Source: Mytilus edulis (lineage: Eukaryota). From it: a DNA stretch of 64,000 bases. The position numbers and the translations under genes are program-made. Within the stretch, counting starts at the first letter, position 1; each line of letters begins with the position of its first letter. The DNA lies in contig NC_092353.1 in the NCBI RefSeq assembly GCF_963676685.1, forward strand, positions 45,880,001 through 45,944,000. Reading direction: 5' to 3'. Under the pieces are notes generated by a model. That model did not search any database and was not told where the DNA came from. It saw nothing but the letters and a program-made list of their open reading frames with translations. Positions 53,251 through 64,000 of the stretch are shown piece after piece.

Positions 53251-53534
53251 TCATAGAAATATTACTCTGTTATAAGGGGAGATAATACAGATTATTTATA
53301 AAGACAAATATGAAGAATAAAGGCAACATAAATACTCAGACAATAATATAATTTGAAACAACAGGAAACAACAATATAAGCTTACATTTTGTAGACAGCA
53401 TCAACTGCCAGAGAAGAAAAATTTAAGTACTGTTACTTAAAAAGGGAGAGATATTTAAGGGGTAAATTGTAGATAAAATTAATGGAGATTTTGAGAGTCA
53501 CTCCTGGATATAAAGGTCATCCTTAGACAGGACC

Positions 53535-53945
53535 AGAGAAGACAAGAATGTGTCCATAGTACATCCCCATTCACACTATCATATTCTATGTTCATTAGAC
53601 AATGAAATTGATAAAATAATCTAATTTGGCATTTATAGTAGAAAGATCTTATCATAGGGAACATGTGTACTAAGTATCTAGTTGATTGGACTTCAACTTC
53701 ATTAACAACTAGCTTGACCAAAAAATTTAACCAAAAACTTTAACCTGAAACTCACACTATCATTTCTTATGATCAGCAGTCCGTTAAATTGGGGTCAAAA
53801 ATCTAATTTGGCATTTAAATTAGAAAGATCATATCATAGGGAACATGTGTAGTAAGTTTAAAGTTGATTGGACTTTAACTTCATAAAAACTACCTTGACC
53901 AAAAACTCTAACCTGAAGCGGACATACAGATGGACGAAGAGACAA
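53535..53945 (-). mobile_element. Degenerate HINE-type element with two ~180-bp core repeats, cut by a family A copy
   Basis: CACACTATCAT...CTAATTTGGCATTTA...ATAGGGAACATGTGT...GTTGATTGGACTT occurs twice, followed by a GGACATACAGATGGACG microsatellite relic. Confidence 0.7.
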
Positions 53946-56900
53946 ACCCCCAAAAAAAAAACCAGCTATAGGTCACTATACAGCCTTCAACAATGAGCAA
54001 AGTCCATACCTCATAGTCAGCTATCAAAGGCCCAAAATCACAAATATACAACAATTCAAACGAGAAAACTAACGGCCTTGTAATGTACAATATAATGGGC
54101 AAAAAACAAATATGTAACACAGCAACAAACAACAACCACTAAATTGCAGGTGCCTGACTAGCAACAGGCACTAAGTACAGAATGTGGTGGGTTTAAACAT
54201 GTAAGCGGGATCCAAACCCTCCCCCTAACCTGGGACAGTGGTGTAACAGTTAACAACATAAGTATTGTACGTTATCAAAATGGACCAGAATCACAGATCC
54301 TATGCATGTAACTACAATAACAAATTACTGGTAAAATGCTCATCTCTCAACACTACAAGTAATACATAGATAACAAAACTAAGAAAAGGATGAAAAATTC
54401 TGGAAATATCATTAATAGTATGTAAGTGCTAAATAAAGAAGATCATATCTGTCAATGGTTTTTACACCTACACTAAACCCAATAGCTTGAAAATTATGGC
54501 AAAGGGCCATGACAACATCTTGAAAGTTTCCCTCTAAAGGCTAAATTGTACCATTATACCATTCTGCTTATCTTATTATTCTTTTGCTCAAAAACCATGT
54601 ATTACTGAAAGACAAGCCAAAATGTAACCTTTGATCTGTATGCAGCAAATTTACTTCCAAAATAAAATTTTCCAAGGGCATATATTCAAAGTACATATTA
54701 GAGCTATTTTCCTAATGCATGTAGATTAAAGGTTTGGTAAGCTTGCTTGCTTTGTTTTTAAAAATGTTGTTCAAGCATCTAATAACATTATACAAGATGA
54801 ATCCCTGCCTTTTTATTGATGGGTAATGTCAATCTTAATTACAGTGCTGCAGCCTGCAGCAAACATTTATACAAACAAAGCAAACAAGCCAACCAATCCT
54901 TAAAACTACATGCATTAGGAAAATATCTTTAAATGTTAAAACCCAGTCTTCGCCATCACAACTTAGTCAAAACTGTGAGCTGATCAGTATAATTATGTAC
55001 CTGGTATTAGATGACATGATTGGCAGGGTTTCTATAACAATTAAACAACAATAACTTCTCCCCTAATTACTAATTGTTTTAGTAGGATATGACCCATTGA
55101 AGATGATGGTAGGCATTTGCTAACAATTATTCAAACAATTGTAAGGTGAATCAGATATCCAATAAAAAATTGTGTTACAGAATATTTCATGCCAAGATTT
55201 CGGTGTCAACTCATAAGTGCAAGAAGATATACACCAATGAAATAGCAAGCAAAGCATATATAGATAGTTAATAGAAGTCTAAGGGGATGTTGAACTCTAT
55301 ATATTGAATAGACAACTGAAACCTTGACTAATCATATTTTCCCCCCAATTGTTGTAATACATGAATTGTCTTTTAACAAGCACTGTAACCATTAAAGCAA
55401 TAACGAAATGTAAACTAAAATAATACAAATATAACAAAGTGTTAATCATCGCCTAATATCCATATGCTGGTAGTACAAATACTTATATATATTGCTATAT
55501 AAATCTCTGAGCAACTAATGGTTCCTCTTAAAGTGTGAACAACCATTTCCCCATTTCATGAATGAAATACACATTTCGAGAAACAAATCAAATTAGCATT
55601 TATTCAATAACAAGGTAATGGACATTTATAATACACCAGTGTTAACAGTTTGTATTCATAACATCCAGATATTACAGCAATTTCACATCAGCAACATTAC
55701 AAAAAACAATAACCCTTGCTAATTCTTATCTACAGTACAGTCTAGTGTTGTTAGTTGCTGTCTCCAATAATTAGGCCATTGAAGTTTTCTTGTTTAAATT
55801 GTTTCATATTTTACATGCCCAGCCTTTTGTCAGGATCAGTACCCTTGGTGAGCAAAAATGCTCTTTACATGAAGAGAAGGCGAACTGGATTGAAACCCTA
55901 TATATAAGCTGAAGCAAAGACAAGGTTCTAAATCATTCAACTGATTTATCAAAGCATGTAGCATCCCATTTAACACTTACACAATGATATCACTACAGGA
56001 GATATCAAAGCAGTTCATAGCCATTGCAGATACCATTTTGGCCTTCAGCATTTGAGTTTACAAAGATGTAAATGTATATAAGCAATTTCAGTTATACACA
56101 TAAACAATATAATAAGATATTTATTCAGAAAAAAATAGTAAACCTGTTGTTTGGATCAAACCTTAGTAATTCAGATAGCAGAAGAGAAAAAAACACCTTG
56201 ATGGAGGTACTGTACTTAAAGGAACCTTTAGTGACACAGATTTGACAACACAGTTGCACTAAATGTGTAATAAGAACTCATTGGGATATCATGCAAATAT
56301 ATTCTAAACCTAAGATTATACCAGATAATTGCTTTTTGTTTATAGTATCTTATTCCGAGTCCCATGTGTCCATTGAAATGTCACGATGTATATAAAAAGG
56401 TTAAATAAGTGTTTTTATTTTCCATTTCTATGATTTTACTCGAAACATTTAACTAATGCCAACAACCTCTTATAAAACATAAAGTTGTTGATTTGGATGA
56501 TAACTTGAATCATATTTCTAAACGATTTTTTCTCAATGAGTTTTCTGAACTTTTATGGAGTACATTATTGATGAAAACAAAACAAATGGATATGCTAACC
56601 TCTAAAGAATAATAATGCAAAGTTTTATTTTATTATGACTATTCTGTAATAAGCAACTTTTGTATCTGAACAACCATGGTACAAAAATATGGGGAACAAT
56701 CAGATGCATTTTAGCCAAACATTTGATATTGTAGCTAACTTTTTCAAGGTTTTTTTTGTCTGTTGTTAACAAGTGCAATATCATTTTAACATGTTCAGAA
56801 CCTTTCATATTGTTAATGAAGGTCAAGGTCATCAAATCTTCGCATCATTGCTTTTGACCCTTCACGTTTATAATAAAATGACAATAGATCTTAACCTTAA

Positions 56901-58322
56901 TGTAAATCTTAGCAGTTTAAGTGTAAAATAAAAGTGGTGAAATTAATCCACTTCATTTGTATATGGATCTTTAATGTCAGTCCGTCAGAAATGGACCTTA
57001 ATGCAAAACTTACTATTCCTGCATAAAATAAAGGTCAAGGTCACATGATTTAATAGTGGATATCTGTCATTTCATGATACATCAACTATCACAGACCATT
57101 AATGGTACTCTATAATTTGTAGTTACATAATAACTGTGACAGATAAACAGATAAAATGTCATCTCCCCTAAAACTCTTTCTACAGCAAGGGGATTACAAA
57201 ATTGTGAGTGGTTCAATTCAACAAACAGAAATGACTGTTACTTTTACCAGTAATAATTTCTTAATAACGAATTATTTGAATCTGGAATTATTTTAAATTC
57301 TGGAAATTTATAAAAATGTTTGTTGAAAACTAACCTAACTTGAAAGAGGGTCTAAGCCATACATTGCATCAGGCTTTGGTTAATTTTAAATTCTTTGATT
57401 TTTCAATTTGAACTTACAACCCCCTTTACATTATGCATGCATGGTTTAATAACCCTTCTAAATTGGGTTAGCTTTCATCAGTTAATTTTTCCAGAATTGA
57501 AAATTATTCCAGTTTGAATAATTCCAAATACCTTTGGCAAGAATTGTCAACCTAAATCATGGATTTTTGTTTATATAGAAAGATTGACAAATACCAACCT
57601 ATATAACCTAGAGAAACCTACTCGATCACTTTTCTTATAATTTAATTCCAATTATCATTTAACCTTGTAGAAAAAGTTCATCACAAATGTGAAAAGCCAC
57701 ATCTTGCCTGAAGAGGTACTAAAATATCCTCAAAAAACATATATAAAATTCTACTACGACTTTACCAAAACTTGTTATTTATCAAAAAAGCCAATTAAGT
57801 TCCAGCACAATAAAGCTAGTAATTGCTTTGCCACAGGGAATTACTTTCTAACACTTTTAAGCAAAGGTTAATCATTTCACTGCTGAAACACTTTGTGAAA
57901 TCAAATGTTTGTTAACTTTGCAGATAGGCAGATTTTTATGTACACAGAAACCCAAAGGCTATCTGTCAACAGCTTTTGTCAACTTGGAACATAAAAACGC
58001 AATTATAATCCCATTTTCTGGGGAAAAAAATTGCATATCTAATATAGATTTCCAAGTTTTAGCATAATAGATTGCTGTTCACTTTGTTGTATCTGAATAT
58101 GTAATGGAGGCAGTGATAACTGGTCTGAAACTTAATTTCTTACACAACATAATACAATATGTAAGTCCAATAACCAAGAACTTGAACATCTTGGGGAAAA
58201 TTTATTCCAAACTGGTTATGAGAGATTTAGTCTAAGATATATGTACACCCAGCTCCCTCATTATTGTAAAAAAAAATTAACATAACCATAGTCCATGTAC
58301 CCAAATCTTAAGTTGTAACCAG

Positions 58323-58510
58323 ATTCTTTATGGTTGCTTAAAAAATAACCAACCTAACTATATTCTTTATGGTTGCTTAAAAAATAACCAACCTAACTAT
58401 ATTCTTTATGGTTGCTTAAAAAATAACCAACCTAACTATATTCTTTATGGTTGCTTAAAAAATAACCAACCTAACTATATTCTTTATGGTTGCTTAAAAA
58501 ATAACCTAAC
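58323..58510. repeat. 39-bp minisatellite, ~4.8 identical copies
   Basis: ATTCTTTATGGTTGC at 58323, 58362, 58401, 58440, 58479. Confidence 0.95.
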
Positions 58511-61500
58511 TACACCCATAAACCAAATACTAAGTTGAAATGAGGTCTCCCATTGCTGCTTCAAAAATAACCCATATCCCTTTACTTTCAAACTTCACTC
58601 TTATACGAAAACTGTATAAACTACTGTTGTTCAGATAACCCTGAAAATCCAGTCAACTCTGCAGTCTGGAACAAATATAAAAGAGGAAGATGCCTGAATG
58701 GGACATTCAAAGCTCATAGGTCAAGATTAACTGACTATGGCAAAAAACAGAATACCACAACAAGACAACTATACAAAACACTTCAAAGAAAACAACAACA
58801 ACCCCATAAAATTTGGGTTTATGATCAAATGATGAAAACATAATTCTTTATAACATAAAGATGTAAGTCCATGTAACCCTGGATTTAGGTGCCTTAAATC
58901 AATTATACTTAGTTAACTATTACCCAATTATAATTCATTAAAGAAATTCATCTAACCCTGAAAGTTTTCAAACAACATTTGAGCAAAAACACATGTTACA
59001 CGAAACTGTAAATATATTCTCATCAAAATAGATTTCAGGTAATTAAGGCTACGAAATTGAAGCCTGAAATCCATTTTTATCATTTTACAATCAATCAATA
59101 CAACAAGATTTGAGAAATAAGCTAAAATTATCTCCCCTTTTTATTATTGGATGACACTAATGTTTCAAACAAGTCTAGGAGTGGATATGAACAATATATT
59201 TAATCTGAACGAAATCCAATCAAAGTCTAATGAAATATCTAAGGTAGGTTGATTTTATTTCATTGTTGTTATGAAAGGTTACGTTTTATATTGGTAAGCA
59301 TAGCAATTTTGTATTTTCCTAGAAAATGCTACGAAAAAGATAGCGAAAAGTAAAGTGTTTCTGAGAAAAACATTAATAACAAGGTCCTTAATGTTGTAAA
59401 CATCTTCTTGAAGAATTGTCAATAAATATAGCATGGTAAAAATATAATAAATCAAAATAAAACCTTGGGGAAAAGAAAGCTTCCTAGCATTTTTTTTATT
59501 TGATTTTGATTTTTGGTGTTTTAACGCCACATTTATAAAGCACCACATTTAGGCTATTTCCTGGCAGCCAGATTTTATTAGTGGACCAGAAAGCCAGAAT
59601 GCCTGGAGTTCAAGCATTTTTAAACATGCTTAAGCAATGTTTGTCATAGAATTATCAAAAGACAAATAAATATTTTAAGCTAAAGAAATGTTTAACATGA
59701 ATAAGCGCTTGTGTTCTTGTTAAATAAAATGTATAAATAAGCAAAGGTTACTTGTGATGTTATTTTGACTGAGCTATTCAATTATATATAATTATCTATC
59801 TTTACAATGTCAAGAGTTTGTCTACCATGTGTAAACCATATGCCTTTGGATTTTTCTTCGTCTAAACAATGTCTGGATTCAAAGCATCTCTAAGAACATA
59901 GTTCAAGGAGGAAAAATCAGCTGACAAACTGAACTTAATGTTGGAAGAAATGTATTGTTCTTTAAATTGACATATACTATTGATTCATTTATTTTCTTGG
60001 GCTTTAATTTTTGTGGATTAAGGAAAACTTGCTTTTTCGTGGGTTTTTGATTTTGTGATTTTGCCAAACTGTATATACCAAACCTATTGAACATTTGTAA
60101 TTTGTTAAACATTTGAATTCGTGGTTTACATGCACCCACAAAACCCACAAAAATTGGTATCCCATGAATATTAATGAATCCACAGTATTACTTATACTTT
60201 ATTGTTTTGTTGGATTGCTGTCTTATTGAAAATATTTTCAATAACTGCCACAATCTTCTTAATATTCATTTTCAAGATCCACATTAGCTACGTATACATG
60301 GCCCAGGAGCAATTTTTAATGAATTCTAAACATATACAGTATATGCAATGCCTAGAATCAACAATAATGTTTTCGTAGAAAATACCTCAGGTTTATTTAA
60401 ATGTCTGGAACATGATCTGAGAAATTAAGTCGATATTACTTCTAACACTGTTTATATTTCAGCGAATTCTTTTGAAATCTGATTTATTATTCTTTTGCCA
60501 GTAATGTAACACTGTCTAGTTTTTTAACAGGGTATATAAATATGTCTAGTTAAAATATGTTTTCCATGAATTCTCCTTGACCTATTCAAAAAAGCAATCT
60601 TAAAAGATAAATTATGGGTGTCCACAGAAAAAATCAAGGGAAAAAAACAGTCATCATACAGTTATATTTTCAAGTATATAAAGTTATAAATGTTTTCAAG
60701 ATTTTTAAGGTTTTGAATCAAAGGCAGACTGATTTCCAAATCTCATAATTCCATGATGATTAGTTCAAAACAATGTAAAAAAACATCAGCTAAATAGGAA
60801 ATCACATGAACTCCAAAAGGAGCGATACTTATTCAGAGTTGACGATTATTTGAAACAATTATTTAACATGTGTATACAGAAAATTACAACATACGCTGGC
60901 AAACATAGTATGATTTTAATTTTGTAAAGGTGACAATCACTGAAATATTACTACATTTATATAAGCATTGTTAAAGGATTGCAATCTGACATGGAAAATT
61001 ATGCATTGCTTTACTTTTGTTGCTTTTGTAATCATGGGTTGCTTTTGTGCTTATAAATAACTCAAACCGTAAAGTTATATAACTTTATCATTTGTTTCGT
61101 AACAAAAAAAAAATACTTATTATAATTGATTATGCCAATTATGGATTACAAAATGTTTTACAGATCTCTATCACTTATTTGGTGATTGTTCCGCTACCGA
61201 GATTAGAAAATCCATTTCTATTACAATATCAGACAAAAGATACATTTCTTTGCAAGCAGTAATATATGGTATATAATCCATGAAAAGCATTATGTTTCTC
61301 AATGAAGATTGATTTAGTATCAATAAATACACAAATCTACATATTAAGTACATCCAGTCTGCAATGTGTTATCTCTTCTAGATTTGGGTTAATTGCATTT
61401 TTTTCATTTTTGGGTCATGATATATTTGTTTTCTATTTTCGTTGAAATAAGACAATTTTTTTTTTCTGTTTTAGGAATGTGTGAATATCCAAAAATTCTC

Positions 61501-63113
61501 AGGTCCCTAATCCAGTATATAGTAAATATGAATAGATGATTTTTAAAACAATCAATTCTTGTCATTAGAAAAAAAAAACATAAAAACAATAACCTATTCA
61601 AAGAGAGATAACTCTGTTGTCCCTAATTAATAGTCAGCAATTCTATATATTGGAATTATAACAATAGCCTTTTGTAATAGAAAGTCATTATAAACTTCCT
61701 ACACAAACCTTTTAATAGATCTACTTCATGCATGCTAACAATGTATTCTGTAATGTAATTGTACACTGGTACATGTACTTTAACGTTTTCCCCCATTATA
61801 GAGACTTGAGATATATTGAAAAAAATAATGGTCCAATGTTACAACATCATGATGTTACAAGAGTACAGTGACTGATTTTCACTAAACATTTCCCATAGAG
61901 AGAAGTATTGCTAATTTGAGTTGCTTTTTAAAAAAAGTCAATTTTCAATTTTTTCAGTCTTGTTCGTTTTACTTTAGCATTGGGATATCTTTTGAGGATA
62001 AGCAGCAGTACCAATCAGATTGAAATTATAAATTTCCCCAATCTTTGGTTCTTAGTAACCCTGACAGGTATTGAACCCCAACCTTTCTGCACTCCAGGGG
62101 TTTTCCATTAGAAAATTAAGTACAAAACTCTTCTAAAATATATTTATGGTGCATTTAAATAAATCATTTAATCTAAAAGTAGATTACTCAAATCATTCTC
62201 AAGTTATTTTATGACATGTTAAATATTTTTTAATAACAAATCTGTACAAAATTATCTGATTTTACCTACTGTTAGTACTGAAAGGTCATTGAAAGTTATT
62301 GACTTATGTTGAAACAGAATTTTAATTACCTTAATTCAGGAAGCAATTAAGGATAAAAAAAACTCAGCTTCCGACTTTAATTTCTTAGCTGATTCACTAA
62401 ATATGACAGACTAAGCATAAGGATAAAGAAAATCTTAAACAAAAATGTTGTTGTTGTTGAAATATTCGGTTTATTTACTATACATGCTTTAAGGTATTAG
62501 GTGGACTACCAGCATGTCAAAATTTTTGTAACTCTATGCATTTAAACTTGTTCCCCCATATTAAATTCCCCATATCACTTCAGAAAATGGACTCAAAAAT
62601 GTCCATGAAATCATTAAGAAACAGATTCTACCACTGTATCCTGTTCATTTGTTACTTAATTAGGGTAGTCATATTTTCAAAAGTACAAAAGATCTTTGAA
62701 TTTCCATGGCTGAATAATGGCTCTTCTAAATTTTCCTCCATTGTCTAGAACGCTATCCACAAACTATACATGTATCAATGAATAATAGCAATTTAGTGAC
62801 TTCAGAATTATTTCTAGGGTAACCTAGGTACACAGTACCTCTGGCGGTACCTCTGTGAGTAGAGAAAATTTCTCCAAAGTGACCCTTTGTGTCCACCATA
62901 TAAACGAAGTGCTGATCTTTTTTTTTCTCTGATGTCACCCTTTTTATAATTGACTCAATAATAACAAAACATTAACAATCCAAAAAGTCATTCTTTTTTG
63001 TCAAGTTTTTCTATGCAAGTCTATGCATCAGTGGTTTCTTATGAAAATGTTACAAACACTGACGCATAGGTCAAGGTTTCAACATTTGACAGGGTCAAGG
63101 TCTCGTCTCTTAC

Positions 63114-63151
63114 CTTTTAATGGCATAGGATCTTCTCATTCCTTTACTCAT
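63114..63151 (-). CDS. DGKZ: Type IV diacylglycerol kinase, short alternative first coding exon (exon 63114-63189; CDS MSKGMRRSYAIK+AG)
   Basis: Minus strand: T-rich acceptor ...ttttatatttttcag, AAAATGA start context with upstream in-frame TGA stops, donor AAAAG|gtaaga. The phase-2 end joins the A at the start of the 25723 exon to give ...IKR-KAISK, as in DGKzeta R|KAITK. Confidence 0.7.
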
Positions 63152-63183
63152 TTTATATTGTTTTGTTCAACGCCTACATGTTC

Positions 63184-63230
63184 ACTTACCTGAAAAATAT
63201 AAAATAACATAAAAATTGATAAAAACATCT
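63184..63230 (-). promoter_or_regulatory. Candidate recursive splice site (3' splice site immediately followed by 5' splice site: ttttcag|GTAAGT)
   Basis: Minus-strand sequence tgtttttatcaatttttatgttattttatatttttcag GTAAGT: an AG-free T-rich tract, CAG, then a perfect U1 match. Confidence 0.6.
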
Positions 63231-64000
63231 AATTACACATGGTTCCTAGAATCTTTGGAGCAGATGTTAAAGATAAGACATAATACCTCAATTGTATGTT
63301 TCTAAGAATTTTTGGATTATATGCAAACAGAAATGACACCATATAATTGATGTACATGATGCATACCTGTAATTGACAGTTTTTAGGTAATTTTTTTCTC
63401 ACCTACTTTTTTTTTAAAATCCCATTGTTATTGATTTAATTTGGGTTTTTCCTAAAAAAAAATAAAATTAAACAGTAATTTAACTTCCATCTGACCTCAC
63501 ACTTAAACTGTAGCAAAAATAAAGCAGTTATAATAATTTCAGTTTAATATGATATACAGTTAATACTGTATTGTTCTAAATCAATGATGTCTTCTTACAT
63601 ATATAAGATCATTGCATAGACATCATTGTCATGGCAAATTTTTTAAATGTTCATTATATTTTGACCTGATTTATAATCAATTAAATTAAGTCACCTAATG
63701 TTTGGGGAAACCAACAATATTCAACAATATTCTATTTATAGCGTCAGCATCATCTGAAAAAGTCATTTTGTTTGAGATTATGAGAACAATGAATTCTTTC
63801 GATGTTACACCAATTTCTTGATTGATTCCGATATACATGTATACTATGGATTCATTATTATTCGTTGGATACTAATTATTTAGGATTTTGTGGGTATAGG
63901 TTAACCACGAAATTTAATGTTCAACAAATGACAAATTTTCTACAGGCTTTGTTGTATGAAGACTTCGTCAAAACCACGAAATTAAATGTCCACGAACATG

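Overview
AT-rich eukaryotic (animal) genomic DNA. The repeat complement looks like a bivalve mollusc, most likely Mytilus; this is inferred from recall of repeat families, not from a database search. Most of the window is intronic sequence of one large minus-strand gene, a type IV diacylglycerol kinase (DGK zeta/iota; Drosophila rdgA family). Four shared coding exons (25618-25723, 24270-24353, 21526-21600, 7640-7696) encode the pre-C1 segment and C1a domain. At least two alternative first coding exons splice in frame onto the 25723 acceptor. One is a 1001-nt exon (43445-44445) encoding a disordered N-terminus with repeated LxVP + RxxS-F/I-D modules. The other is a 76-nt exon (63114-63189) whose first bases are a perfect 5' splice site (cag|GTAAGT), the signature of a recursive-splicing exon, and it also carries a start codon. 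The gene continues beyond the left edge and probably beyond the right edge. The introns hold two Helentron-type non-autonomous elements with internal tandem arrays, a Kolobok-like element with a nested CACTA/EnSpm-like element, several MITE families with identifiable target-site duplications (TSDs), V-domain-like SINEs, unclassified dispersed repeats and about ten minisatellites, two of which were amplified from transposon heads. No bacterial features, CRISPR, rRNA or tRNA genes. Almost all short ORFs in the track are spurious.
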